A program made the translations under genes and the position numbers. Positions 1-10,311 of a stretch of DNA of 64,000 bases are shown one piece after another. The stretch lies in NCBI GenBank assembly GCA_944377485.1, contig CALWFB010000004.1, forward strand, positions 12,582 to 76,581, in the 5' to 3' direction. The DNA is from an uncultured Clostridia bacterium (GTDB lineage Bacteria; Bacillota; Clostridia; Christensenellales; UBA1242). The number at the start of each line of letters is the position of its first letter. Position 1 is the stretch's first letter. The notes beneath the pieces were generated by a model. That model saw nothing but the letters and a program-made list of their open reading frames with translations, did no database searches and was not told the origin of the DNA.

Positions 1-883
1 TAACCATTAAGAAAAGAATAAGAGGCAAAGCAAACAAAAATAATAATATATTAGATATAATGAAATATTTCCAATTCACTCTTTTTTTGACAATCCAATA
101 AATGTAAATTACAATCAACACCAATGGTATGAATATATATGATATAGCATAAGTATACAGCGTTATACCAAATAATATACAAGCAGGTATCATAAATTTT
201 TGGTTATCATTTGCTTTCATCAAAAAAATAATTGAAAACAAAAACATATATGGAAATAAATTGCAATCTAAACCCCATCTCGAAATCATAATGGTATAAG
301 GTACTAATGAAAAAACTGCCATTCCTATTAACGAAGCAAATTTGTTTTTTGTGATTAATTTAATCAAATAATAAAAAGCAAATATTCCACCAATAGAAAA
401 TAAAAGCATCACAATTCTAGCTGAAAAAACATTCATTCCAAAGATTGCAATAAACGGGATAGTTAAATATGCCAATAATGCACTTTGACCACTTCCCCAT
501 GCTTCAAGATAAATCGGATAAGAATGTCCGTTTCTATCAATTCCATAATGTAATAAAGAGTATGCATCATAAAGCATAGATGCTTCATCAACATTTAAAC
601 CTGCGGGAACATATACAAACAATATTACCCTAACTAAAATTGCAACTAATGCTATAGCCCAAAAAATAATGTAAAACCATTTTTTATTATCTAAAAATTC
701 ACTAATTTTTGTAAGATTATTTTTTCTATAATATATTGCTGCAACAATTAATAAAATTAATGATATAATATTTGCAATCAATGAAATTGCACTGCCATAA
801 TTTATATACGATAAAATTAAAAAAAGAAATACAAGAGCAAATAAACAAATTAAAAATATTGATTTTTTTTTAATCATTGACAT
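1..883 (-). CDS. GT-C fold membrane glycosyltransferase (ArnT/PMT-like); runs off the left edge
   Basis: Not in ORF track. ATG at 883 with GAGGAG SD reads MSMIKKKSIFLIC...PAGLNVDEASMLYDAY...YPIYLEAWGSGQS; multi-TM with luminal DE motif. Confidence 0.75.
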   Translation of the reverse strand, partial: MSMIKKKSIFLICLFALVFLFLILSYINYGSAISLIANIISLILLIVAAIYYRKNNLTKISEFLDNKKWFYIIFWAIALVAILVRVILFVYVPAGLNVDEASMLYDAYSLLHYGIDRNGHSYPIYLEAWGSGQSALLAYLTIPFIAIFGMNVFSARIVMLLFSIGGIFAFYYLIKLITKNKFASLIGMAVFSLVPYTIMISRWGLDCNLFPYMFLFSIIFLMKANDNQKFMIPACILFGITLYTYAISYIFIPLVLIVIYIYWIVKKRVNWKYFIISNILLFLFALPLILFLMV

Positions 884-2315
884 ACTCCTCTATCTTTAAA
901 TTCTTATTGCGTTCATTCTTTACAATTGCTAATATAATAAATACTAATGTAATGGTATTAACAATGATTGCAAATGTTCTTGTGACGTTTTGATTAAAAA
1001 ATAAATCATAAGAATGACACACACTTAAATATACTGCAAAATTCATAAATACTGAAATCAACATGTTAATTTTGTTTTTATTTACGCAAACATTAATAAT
1101 ACTTAGCATTAATGCAATGTAAAAGAATCTATCCAACATCTTTGGCATAAAGAATACCATAGTAAATGCAAATACCATTCCATAGAATACTAAATCATTT
1201 TTTGTTAAACCATATTTTTTGTATCTTTTAAATACTAAAAACAAAATTATAAAAAGCATTATCATTGTTAATGCTAAATGTGATATCATCAAAACATTTT
1301 TTATTGAACTGTTGTCTAAATCTAAAAGCATATAAATTTGACAAATATTTGCACAATTGCCAGCAAGTCTATTATCTTCAGTACTTTGATTTATATATAC
1401 TGTTAATAAATCTAAAATTGAACGTCCTGAAATAGCCGGTATTAAATTGATGCAATACATAACAGGCACAATCCAAATATCTTTCCATTTTAAGTATCTA
1501 TCACCATTTTCGTCTTTTATTATTAACATTACAAATAAAATTGGTACAATAAATAAAAATTGTAATTTAAAAGCAAAACTTATACCCAAAAACATAAAAC
1601 ACAATTTTGATTTTTTGTTAATTGCAAAATAAAATGCAAGCAAAGCAAATGACGTATATATTGCATCACATTGCCCCCAAGCAGTATATTCGATTAAAAC
1701 CATAGGTAATAACAAAATTGATACAAAAATTAGATAATTAAAATTAGTTTTTTTGATAGAAGAAATTATTTTTGTAATAATGAATGCCAATAATAATGAA
1801 AATAAAAATGTTATTAATTTTATTCCATATAAATCAGTGAATCCAAGTTTTGCCATTAATATTAAAAAATAATTATATGCAGGCGTATAATTACTAACGT
1901 CAATGATTCCATATAAAGCATCTTTAAGATTATGTGTAGAATAATATCCATACCATTTACTTAAATATTTGATATAATCATTAGACTCCCACACAACAAA
2001 TAATAAAGACATAATATAGATAAATAGCAATGCAATGTAAAAATACGTTAATTTTTTATATCTTTTAGTGTCATTTTTGATAATTGAATTAGTTCCCAAA
2101 ATCGCTATTATAAATAAAGGTATAAAAATTAGAATTGAATACAACGACAAATCCATTACATCAAAAGAATTCCATTTTATATAAATAATTGGAATTATTA
2201 ATAATGCAAAAGAAATAACTAAAATAGTAATAACTGTAATATTGAAAAATAAATTTTTTAAATTAGAATTGTAAATTCTTGCTCTATCTTTTAACATCGT
2301 AAACCCCAAAATCAT
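870..2315 (-). CDS. GT-C fold polytopic glycosyltransferase (GT87/mannosyltransferase-like)
   Basis: Many TM helices; NYTPAY, WGQCDAI, FKLQ and PKMLDRFFY motifs; overlaps the downstream GT gene. Confidence 0.65.
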   Translation of the reverse strand: MILGFTMLKDRARIYNSNLKNLFFNITVITILVISFALLIIPIIYIKWNSFDVMDLSLYSILIFIPLFIIAILGTNSIIKNDTKRYKKLTYFYIALLFIYIMSLLFVVWESNDYIKYLSKWYGYYSTHNLKDALYGIIDVSNYTPAYNYFLILMAKLGFTDLYGIKLITFLFSLLLAFIITKIISSIKKTNFNYLIFVSILLLPMVLIEYTAWGQCDAIYTSFALLAFYFAINKKSKLCFMFLGISFAFKLQFLFIVPILFVMLIIKDENGDRYLKWKDIWIVPVMYCINLIPAISGRSILDLLTVYINQSTEDNRLAGNCANICQIYMLLDLDNSSIKNVLMISHLALTMIMLFIILFLVFKRYKKYGLTKNDLVFYGMVFAFTMVFFMPKMLDRFFYIALMLSIINVCVNKNKINMLISVFMNFAVYLSVCHSYDLFFNQNVTRTFAIIVNTITLVFIILAIVKNERNKNLKIEEYVND

Positions 2316-2401
2316 TATAAAAAAACTTGTATTAATTTGTCAAATAATAAAAAATAATTTTAATAATTAATGAAACTATCTTAATTAAAATCATTTAATC
2401 G

Positions 2402-3811
2402 CTATTTTACTGAATCTATTTTGATTAGATTTGTACAACCATTTTTCTTTGGTGTACCACATGTTATTACAATAGTATCGTTGACCTTTGCATATTTTTT
2501 TCTTTTCACCAACTCGTTTGCAATTTCAAACATTTCATCAGTTGAATTGTATTCACTTGTCAATACTGGAATTACTCCCCAAGACAACTCTAACTGACGA
2601 TATACTTTTTCATTTGGTGTTGCACCTATTATTGGAACAAATGGCCGATATCTACTAATCATTCTAGCACTCATTCCTGATTGAGAGAACACTACTATCG
2701 CTCTTGTATTTTGAATTAAACTTGCATTTACTGCACTGTGAGATACTACATCTGTTGTATTTGTAATCTTATAGTTGCCTGACAAAAATCGCTTTGCATA
2801 ATTAATATGTTTTTCTGTCTCTGTTGTAATCTTTGCCATTGTCTCCACTGCTTGAACAGGGAATTTACCCATAGCAGTTTCGCCTGAAAGCATAACTACA
2901 CTTGTACCATCATATACTGCATTTGCTACATCGCTAACTTCTGCGCGGGTTGCACGATTATTATATATCATGCTCTCTAACATTTCGGTTGCAGTGATGA
3001 CCGCTCTACCTTTTTCCTTAGAACGTTTTATTATATTTTTTTGTAATTCTGGCAACTTTTCAACAGGCACTTCAACCCCAAGGTCCCCACGTGCCACCAT
3101 TATTCCATCAGAAGCATCAATAATTTCGTCAAGGTTTTTTACTCCACAGCTAGATTCAATTTTGGAAATAATTTTCATATCTCCACCATTTTTTTCTATA
3201 AAACTTCTAAGAGCAAACACATCTTCTTTACAATTAACAAAACTAGCAGCAATCAATTCAACATCATTTTTTATACCCCAAAGTATATCTTGTTTATCTA
3301 AATTATTTAGATATGGTGTACTATATTTCACATTAGGTATGCTTAAACTTTTTCTATTTGATAATACACCAGAATTCATCGCTTTCGTTATAACATCTTG
3401 CCCTTTCACTTCAAGTACTTTGAAAGTCAGCAATCCATTAACTGCCAAAATCTTATTACCTGCTTTTATGCATTTCACAATCTCAGGAGTGTTGAAACTA
3501 ACACTTCTTTCATCCCCAACTATATCTCTACCTGTGAAAATGAACTCCTGACCCTTTTTGATATTTACACTATCATTAACAAAGGTCTTAACTCTTACTT
3601 CTGGACCACGAGTATCAATCATTATAGGTAAAGGGACTTTCATTTCCTTTCTAATTCGTTTTACATTTTTTAAAATCTTTTCCATATCCTCAATTTTTGC
3701 ATGTGAAAGATTTATTCTGACAATATTCAATCCTGCTGATACTAATTTTTTCATAACTTCATATGAATTGCTGGCTGGACCAATTGTGCCAATTATCTTA
3801 GTTTTTCTCAT
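2402..3811 (-). CDS. pyk: pyruvate kinase
   Basis: RKTKIIGTIGPAS, IMVARGDLGVE, ATEMLESM and MLSGETA motifs; start moved to the ATG at 3811 with AGGAG SD. Confidence 0.97.
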   Translation of the reverse strand: MRKTKIIGTIGPASNSYEVMKKLVSAGLNIVRINLSHAKIEDMEKILKNVKRIRKEMKVPLPIMIDTRGPEVRVKTFVNDSVNIKKGQEFIFTGRDIVGDERSVSFNTPEIVKCIKAGNKILAVNGLLTFKVLEVKGQDVITKAMNSGVLSNRKSLSIPNVKYSTPYLNNLDKQDILWGIKNDVELIAASFVNCKEDVFALRSFIEKNGGDMKIISKIESSCGVKNLDEIIDASDGIMVARGDLGVEVPVEKLPELQKNIIKRSKEKGRAVITATEMLESMIYNNRATRAEVSDVANAVYDGTSVVMLSGETAMGKFPVQAVETMAKITTETEKHINYAKRFLSGNYKITNTTDVVSHSAVNASLIQNTRAIVVFSQSGMSARMISRYRPFVPIIGATPNEKVYRQLELSWGVIPVLTSEYNSTDEMFEIANELVKRKKYAKVNDTIVITCGTPKKNGCTNLIKIDSVK

Positions 3812-4068
3812 AACTCTCCTCAAATAATATTCAAACTCATTATACCATAATTTATAAAAAAACAAAATAATTTAAATTAATATTATAAATTTAGTTAAAA
3901 TTTATATATTATTTATAATTTTTTATTATTTTTACAAATTTCAATTATGTAATATTATTTTTTATTTTTATTTAATAACTTAATATTATATATTCTCATC
4001 ACAATCTCAATAATTATTTTAAATCTTATATAAATTTGGATATATTCAATAAATTTTTAAATTTAATA

Positions 4069-4096
4069 TTGAAATAAAAAAATTTTATGCTATAAT
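4069..4096 (+). promoter_or_regulatory. sigma-A promoter of ssrA
   Basis: TTGAAA-16 bp-TATAAT with extended TG, 8 nt before the tmRNA 5' end. Confidence 0.75.
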
Positions 4097-4104
4097 ATTT
4101 ATAT

Positions 4105-4455
4105 GGGGATGAATTAGTTTCGACTGATATAAACCTAAATTATACGCACGTCGTGTGGTGGCACGTTAAATACACAATTCGTTAACGACGAATAAAAATA
4201 AACGCAAACGAAAATAAATTAGCTTACGCTGCTTAGCGTGGCCGTCAGTTTAGTGGTACCGATACATTAAAACCTGGCGTCAAATATCGGTGAACGTCAT
4301 TGTGTATTTCCTTGTGCACAGTGATGACAAAAAAGGATAGCATTTATTCAGTGTCAATGTTAGTGAATATTTGTGAATATAGTCATTGACTAAACGTGTA
4401 GTGTATGATTTATATTTATGTTAGGACACGAGTGCAACTCTCGTCATCTCCACCA
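4105..4455 (+). ncRNA. ssrA: tmRNA; tag peptide (A)ANENKLAYAA encoded at 4204-4236
   Basis: GGGGATG...TTCGAC 5' end, 3' CATCTCCACCA, T-arm ACGAG-TGCAACT-CTCGT, tag ORF ending YAA-TAG, smpB nearby. Confidence 0.96.
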
Positions 4456-4494
4456 GATGTCAAAATTTGTAGAAAAAAAAGTAGTTAGATAACT

Positions 4495-4821
4495 CTAACT
4501 ACTTTTCTTATTTATAATCTCCATTGTGTTATTTGGATATTGTTTAACAAAATCTTGAATAACATCAAAAATAATTCTCCATTTGTAATCATCAAATGTT
4601 TTTTCTTGTTTTATTATTTCTAAATCAAAATTAATAAAAACATATTTAATATTTTTATCATTATTATACCACAAAAATTCATCTAGCATATCCGCATTAT
4701 AATTTAAATTCTCATATGCTTTCCAATCTCCAAAACTTTTTCCATCTAAATCCTTATAGATTTGAACATAAAAGTCTTTATAACTTTCATACATTTGTTT
4801 ATCAAAAATTATTTCTTTCAT
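4495..4821 (-). CDS. barstar-family ribonuclease inhibitor (immunity protein)
   Basis: Acidic 108 aa with YNADMLDEFLW (barstar NLDALWD-like) motif, directly downstream of the barnase-like gene. Confidence 0.8.
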   Translation of the reverse strand: MKEIIFDKQMYESYKDFYVQIYKDLDGKSFGDWKAYENLNYNADMLDEFLWYNNDKNIKYVFINFDLEIIKQEKTFDDYKWRIIFDVIQDFVKQYPNNTMEIINKKSS

Positions 4822-4831
4822 AACAAACTCC

Positions 4832-5392
4832 TTATTTTATATAAATAAATTCACTTTCACCATGATTAATTGAATAAAACATTAAACCATCATTTGAATA
4901 ATATAGTCTTTCACTATATCTTAATCCACTTGAATAATCAACATCACATTCATACCAAATTCTTCCTTCTTTTTCTGGCAAATATCCTTCTCTATTATAA
5001 AATCTATTTCCGCCAATCATTTTATTTGGAGCAAACTTTGATAAATCTTCACCTCTAGACCAGCCATATTTTTGTATTGCTTCTTCTTTTGTTATATAAT
5101 AATCTGGCAATTTACCATATACCTTTAAGTGGACATCCGGTGCTTGAAATCCTTTGTTTGATATACTTCCAGCAGGTTTTGTTTCAATGTCTTTATATTT
5201 ACAATCACATCCAAAATGAGCAGGTAAAAACACTTCTTCACCATTTTTATAAATTTTTAAATTTCTTTTAGGGCAATCAATACAAGGATTTTTACAACTT
5301 CCAACATGAATATATTGTAAAAAATCTGCAGTTGATTTATTAAAATTAAAAATTTGTTTTACTTTATCTTTGATATTATCTAAAACACCCAT
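4832..5392 (-). CDS. barnase-family RNase toxin fused to an N-terminal MuF-like Cys motif
   Basis: C-terminal LPDYYITKEEA...GW...IGGNRFYNREGYLP...WYECDVDY...R...RLYYSNDGLMFYSINH matches barnase; N-terminal CxxC...PAHFGCDC resembles the MuF PxHxxCxC motif. Confidence 0.88.
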   Translation of the reverse strand: MGVLDNIKDKVKQIFNFNKSTADFLQYIHVGSCKNPCIDCPKRNLKIYKNGEEVFLPAHFGCDCKYKDIETKPAGSISNKGFQAPDVHLKVYGKLPDYYITKEEAIQKYGWSRGEDLSKFAPNKMIGGNRFYNREGYLPEKEGRIWYECDVDYSSGLRYSERLYYSNDGLMFYSINHGESEFIYIK

Positions 5393-5510
5393 ATTATAAC
5401 ATATCTCCCAAATTTTTTAAAGATAATATCATATAAAATTTTGATTTAATCTAAAACCTTACATCAAGTCAAATATTGATTAATTTAAAATGTTGTGCTA
5501 TAATGCTTTT

Positions 5511-6062
5511 ATGAAAAAAGAAAGATATGCTTATGTTGAATATAAAGATTGTTCATCAAAACTTTGGATTTATAAATGTGATGAGGGTTTTTCTGTTAAT
5601 GACATTGTTGAAGCTCCAACTTTTGATTATGCTTACAATAATATTGCGATTATTAAGAAAATTAAATATTTAACCGACAAACATTTACCAATTGATAAAG
5701 ATAGAATTTTATCTATTTCAAACAAATTAAATAAACACGAGTTCGATAAATATTTTAATCCTTTAAGCTTTATGAAAAACTATATAAATAAAGAACATTT
5801 AAAAGAATGGACATTACCAAGCAAAAACAATTGGGTTGAATTTTATAACTCTACATTTGGTGGACAAATTAGTTATGAAGAAGATGGAGTTTTAATCTGC
5901 TCTTTAGGCAATTGCATAAATGACGATTTTTTTGAAGAATACACTATAACGAGTCGTAAAAACTTACAAATAAAATTAAAATTTCTTAAAACCGCATTAT
6001 CAGAATTGTATTACAACATCATTAGCGAAGATCAATTTAAAGAGTTATTAGACATCGTTTAA
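5511..6062 (+). CDS. hypothetical protein, probably leaderless
   Basis: TTGATT-17-TATAAT promoter 6 nt before the ATG at 5511; no recognisable domain. Confidence 0.6.
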   Translation: MKKERYAYVEYKDCSSKLWIYKCDEGFSVNDIVEAPTFDYAYNNIAIIKKIKYLTDKHLPIDKDRILSISNKLNKHEFDKYFNPLSFMKNYINKEHLKEWTLPSKNNWVEFYNSTFGGQISYEEDGVLICSLGNCINDDFFEEYTITSRKNLQIKLKFLKTALSELYYNIISEDQFKELLDIV

Positions 6063-6095
6063 TTATTTTCGACTGACGTTAAACTTGCTCCACCA

Positions 6096-6124
6096 AAAAA
6101 AGCCACCCTCGATGGTGGTTTTTT
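6096..6124 (+). terminator. Rho-independent terminator, possibly the displaced original ssrA terminator
   Basis: GCCACC-CTCGAT-GGTGGT stem-loop flanked by A and T tracts, immediately after CTCCACCA. Confidence 0.75.
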
Positions 6125-6176
6125 ATTATTTTTTATATATTCGAAAAAACTTTTTTATTTTATGAAAAGTATATTG

Positions 6177-6623
6177 TTAATCTTGCTTTTTACATTCTTT
6201 TTTGTTGAGATTGATGCTTTTGAGAACATATTCTACTCCATGTTCTCTAATTGTTTTACACAAATTATCTCTGCCTTGTTTTGATTCTTTTAACATTGTA
6301 CGCACAAATGCGTATCTTGGAAGCCTAGAACCAACAATATCACTCAACTGTTCATCATCAATTGAATCATATTTCTTAATCAACAATTCTACTGCAATTC
6401 CAATACATATTTCGTCATTATTAAATTCGGATTCTGCGAATTCTGACAATGAATCTAACTCCGCTGCATTAATAGTATTAAAAACTCTATTATATACAGA
6501 AAACTCTGAATCTTTTAAATTCGATATATCTGGATTTATATTAAATTTTTCAATCCTATTCACGCAAGATTTTAATTCGTCTCTATAATATTTTTCCAAC
6601 ATTTTAGCAATAGCTCTTGACAT
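6177..6623 (-). CDS. hypothetical protein
   Basis: 148-aa ORF with AGGAG SD and its own promoter-like sequence; no family recognised. Confidence 0.6.
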   Translation of the reverse strand: MSRAIAKMLEKYYRDELKSCVNRIEKFNINPDISNLKDSEFSVYNRVFNTINAAELDSLSEFAESEFNNDEICIGIAVELLIKKYDSIDDEQLSDIVGSRLPRYAFVRTMLKESKQGRDNLCKTIREHGVEYVLKSINLNKKECKKQD

Positions 6624-6677
6624 AAACTCTCCTTAATTTTTGCAAGTATATCATAATTAAATTAGATGACAATAAGA

Positions 6678-7118
6678 TTAGGAAAAATTTTTCTTTTTAT
6701 CTAATTCTCGTTTCTTAATAGCTTCACGTTTGTCATACAATTTCTTACCTCGTGCAATTGCTATTTCTACTTTTAAATTACTTTTAACAAAATATGCCCT
6801 AGTAGGTACAATAGTTAAATGTTCTGTTTCAACTTTTTTCTTTATTTTTTCAATTTCTTGTTTGTGTAATAAAAGTTTTCTATCTCTTCTAGTCATCTCA
6901 TGATTGCTGCTTGAATCAAATGAATTTGCATATTCCTTTATATAACTATTTCTCAAAAAACATTCATCGTTTTTAATGAAACCATAACAATCATTAATAG
7001 AAAAATGCCCTAATCTAACTGATTTGATTTCATCACCTGTTAGGACTATTCCTGCTTCAAACTTATCTAATAATTCATATTCAAATTTTGCTCTTCTATT
7101 TTCTGCAACCAATTTCAT
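6678..7118 (-). CDS. smpB: SsrA-binding protein
   Basis: NRRAKFEY, EAGIVLTGDEIKS, RKLLLHK and GKKLYDKRE motifs. Confidence 0.97.
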   Translation of the reverse strand: MKLVAENRRAKFEYELLDKFEAGIVLTGDEIKSVRLGHFSINDCYGFIKNDECFLRNSYIKEYANSFDSSSNHEMTRRDRKLLLHKQEIEKIKKKVETEHLTIVPTRAYFVKSNLKVEIAIARGKKLYDKREAIKKRELDKKKNFS

Positions 7119-7297
7119 ACAAATATTATATCATAATTTTAAACACTTTGTAAATTATAATTATTAATCTAAAAATATTTTAATTGATAAAATAATTAAA
7201 ATATTAAAAAATATTCTAAAATTAATTAGAATATTTATTTTTATAATAATAATTTATATTTATTTTAATATTTTATTAATTTTTTTATAAATTAATA

Positions 7298-9508
7298 TTA
7301 TCTTTTTTTTCTTTTATTTTTGTTTGATTTAGATTTTGTAGTTTTAGATATCTTTCTTGTCTGTTTTTTTGTCCTATTATCCTTTTTCTTTATGACAAAA
7401 CTTCCTAATGTATTTTTCTCTACTCCTACCAATTCAAAATCAATTTGCCTTAGTTTTGTATTTGCGTTGGCAACAATCACTTTTAATGTATCTCCAATTG
7501 TATAATGATGATTATTTCCTTTAAGAGTCATAGACATGTCATCATATTCATATTCATCACTTGGAAGATATTCTAATCTCACCAAACCTTCTACTCCATT
7601 TTCTAGTTCAACAAAAATACCAAACTCTTGTACCCCAGAAACAGTGCCAACAAATTGCTCTCCTATGAACTTAGTCATATATACAGCTTTCTTATAATCG
7701 TCAACTTCTCTTTCTGCTTCATCTGCTGTTTTTTCTGTTTCACTCGACTGTTCGCTCGCTTGTGCCACAATAGGTGTATACTTTAATTTTAAATTTTGAA
7801 TTGGAACACCACGCAAATGATTTTTAATAATTCTATGAATTAACAAATCTGGATATCTTCTAATTGGACTAGTAAAGTGGCAGTAATACTCACTTGCTAA
7901 GCCAAAATGCCCTAAGCATGTAGGTGTATATCTAGCTTTCATCATCGAACGTAAAATTAACTTTGTCAAAGTGGTTTCATTTGTTTTTCCCTTGATTAAT
8001 TCAATTATTTTTTGATAACTTGCCGGCACATCTCCGTCAATCTGCAATTGATTAGCTACCCCCATATTTTTTAACATATTTGATAGCCTTAACACTTTTT
8101 CACTATCTGGTTTTTCATGCACACGATATACAAAAGGTATTTTTAAATCAAAATACGTCTTTGCAACACATTCATTTGTTAAAATCATTAAACTTTCGAT
8201 TATTTCATGTGCTTCATCTTGCACTCTTTTTTCTATGCTGACTATTTCACCAGAAGCATTCTCCAAAATATAAGGTTCTGGAATATCCATTCTTATCTCG
8301 CCGCGAGCATGACGTTTCATTAGCAATTTTTTAGAAATTTCTTGATAACATAAAATATCATCATAAACATCGTGATATTTTTCTATTAAGAAATTATCTC
8401 CCTCTAAAATATTTTTAATTTCAGTATATGTCATTCTATGATTACTATGGATTATTCCTTCAACTATTCTATGTTTTAAAACATTGCAATCTTTATCCAA
8501 ATCAATGATTACACTTAATACAAGTCTATCTTTACCCTCGCTAAGTGAGCATACTCCATTTGACAACTCTTTTGGAAGCATTGGTATAACCTGGTTTGAA
8601 AAATACACACTTGTTCCTCGTCGATATGCTTCCTTATCCAAATAAGAATTTTCTTTCACATAATCAGAGACATCTGCAATATGAACTGATAATCTATATC
8701 CTCCATTATCAATGCGTTCCACAGCTATTGCATCGTCAAAATCTCGTGCATCTTCTCCGTCTATTGTAATCACTCGTTGAGAAGTAAAATCTTCTCTATT
8801 TTTATATTGGCTCTTATCAACAGTTTGCGAAATTGAACGTGCCTCTTTTAAAGTATTAGGGTCAAATTGTTCTATTAGATTAAATGACCTAATAATTGAT
8901 AGTTGCTCCGCTTTTGGAGTGTTTGCAAGACCTAATATTTCCACCACCTTTCCACGAACTTCTTTGCTGTCCATTGAATCCATGTCAAGTTCAACCCATA
9001 CTTTTTCATTGTTCTTCGCATTCTTGCTGTCATTTTTTAGAATTCTAATTTGAGGTAATTTATCATCATCTGGGAATACAACATTTTTGCTTTTACCCTC
9101 AATATAGGTTCCCACTATATGCGTAGTATTGTGACGTAAAACTTTCACAACCTTTCCTTCAATCTCCTCATCTGATTTACGATTGATAATTTCTACCAAG
9201 CAATCATCTCCATCGTATGCACCATTTATTGCAAATGCAGGAATAAAAAAATCTGGATAACCTTCCACATTTGCAAATCCATAGCCTTTTCTATTTAAAG
9301 TAATTTTTGCCTTAAAAAATCCTTTATCCGCTGAAATAGAAATCTTCTTTTCATCATCTAAAAAGAGACTTCCGTCATGAATAAGCGAATTGATTTCATT
9401 TTTTAAATCAATTACAGACTCTCCTGTCAATTTTGATAATGCCTTAGCAAGTGCATCAATTTTTAAATATATAAGATTGTTTTCTCTAATAAGTTTAACT
9501 ATGTCCAT
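7298..9508 (-). CDS. rnr: ribonuclease R
   Basis: TIDGEDARDFDDA and HFTSPIRRYPDL motifs, S1 domain, basic tail; secG-rnr-smpB synteny. Confidence 0.96.
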   Translation of the reverse strand: MDIVKLIRENNLIYLKIDALAKALSKLTGESVIDLKNEINSLIHDGSLFLDDEKKISISADKGFFKAKITLNRKGYGFANVEGYPDFFIPAFAINGAYDGDDCLVEIINRKSDEEIEGKVVKVLRHNTTHIVGTYIEGKSKNVVFPDDDKLPQIRILKNDSKNAKNNEKVWVELDMDSMDSKEVRGKVVEILGLANTPKAEQLSIIRSFNLIEQFDPNTLKEARSISQTVDKSQYKNREDFTSQRVITIDGEDARDFDDAIAVERIDNGGYRLSVHIADVSDYVKENSYLDKEAYRRGTSVYFSNQVIPMLPKELSNGVCSLSEGKDRLVLSVIIDLDKDCNVLKHRIVEGIIHSNHRMTYTEIKNILEGDNFLIEKYHDVYDDILCYQEISKKLLMKRHARGEIRMDIPEPYILENASGEIVSIEKRVQDEAHEIIESLMILTNECVAKTYFDLKIPFVYRVHEKPDSEKVLRLSNMLKNMGVANQLQIDGDVPASYQKIIELIKGKTNETTLTKLILRSMMKARYTPTCLGHFGLASEYYCHFTSPIRRYPDLLIHRIIKNHLRGVPIQNLKLKYTPIVAQASEQSSETEKTADEAEREVDDYKKAVYMTKFIGEQFVGTVSGVQEFGIFVELENGVEGLVRLEYLPSDEYEYDDMSMTLKGNNHHYTIGDTLKVIVANANTKLRQIDFELVGVEKNTLGSFVIKKKDNRTKKQTRKISKTTKSKSNKNKRKKR

Positions 9509-9638
9509 ATAATTATTTTAACAATTAATTCAATAAATAACAAATCATATCAAACAAAAAACAAAAAAAATAGATAATTTTAATATAAACTATATAAATT
9601 ATCTATTAAAATCAAATTGAAATAAATGTTTTAGCATT

Positions 9639-9941
9639 TTAATAAAGTTTAGGTATTTTCATAAATACAAAGTACAATATACTAAACAATACAATTAAAC
9701 CAACAGTTATATAAATCAATCTAGTAATTCTGCCTTCACGAGAACCAGATTTGTTTTGTGCATAATAACTATCTTGATTTCCTGTAATAACATTATTAGT
9801 ATTGCTTCCACCTGTTATTTGCATGAATACCAAAACTACTAAAATTAATGCCAACAATGCTAACAATACTAAGCATATACGTTCAAATATAGGAAAAGTT
9901 CTACTCATCCATGCTGGAACTGTTGCCAATAAAAAATTCAT
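9639..9941 (-). CDS. secG: preprotein translocase subunit SecG
   Basis: Two TM helices with a Gly-rich linker; canonical position upstream of rnr. Confidence 0.8.
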   Translation of the reverse strand: MNFLLATVPAWMSRTFPIFERICLVLLALLALILVVLVFMQITGGSNTNNVITGNQDSYYAQNKSGSREGRITRLIYITVGLIVLFSILYFVFMKIPKLY

Positions 9942-10001
9942 ATTTCCTCCAAATGCTTAAATAGTATAACATAAATTACTATTATTTACAAGTCTTTTTT
10001 A

Positions 10002-10226
10002 TTATTTTCTAATATAAGTGAGCCAAACAAGAAGTGCAAATAGCAATACAGCCAAAATCATCATACTAACCTTGACAAATTTTTTGTTGGCTTTACTATT
10101 CTCTTTAAAGAAAGTCATAACACACAATAGAATTGCTGCAAGCAAAACTAGCCATATGGCAATAAACCAACCTTTGCTCATCTCCTGTATAAAATTAATA
10201 AATTGATAATAATAACTTTTTAACAT
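10002..10226 (-). CDS. small two-TM membrane protein
   Basis: 74 aa with two hydrophobic stretches separated by a basic loop. Confidence 0.6.
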   Translation of the reverse strand: MLKSYYYQFINFIQEMSKGWFIAIWLVLLAAILLCVMTFFKENSKANKKFVKVSMMILAVLLFALLVWLTYIRK

Positions 10227-10311
10227 AATTTTCCCTTAACGTTAATTTTAATATCAAACGAATCTAATATTATTAGAATTTTAACAAAAAGTTAAAGGAA
10301 TGTCAAGGCGA

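Larger units (their letters stand above)
4456..6095. mobile_element. degraded islet at the tmRNA 3' end (no integrase visible)
   Basis: Bounded by CTCCACCA at the tmRNA end (4448-4455) and a second CTCCACCA (6088-6095) followed by a terminator; carries toxin-immunity cargo. Confidence 0.55.

Noticed and set aside
4456-6095. Intact prophage or integrative element at ssrA
   Set aside because: No integrase, terminase, portal or replication gene; only relic-level evidence.
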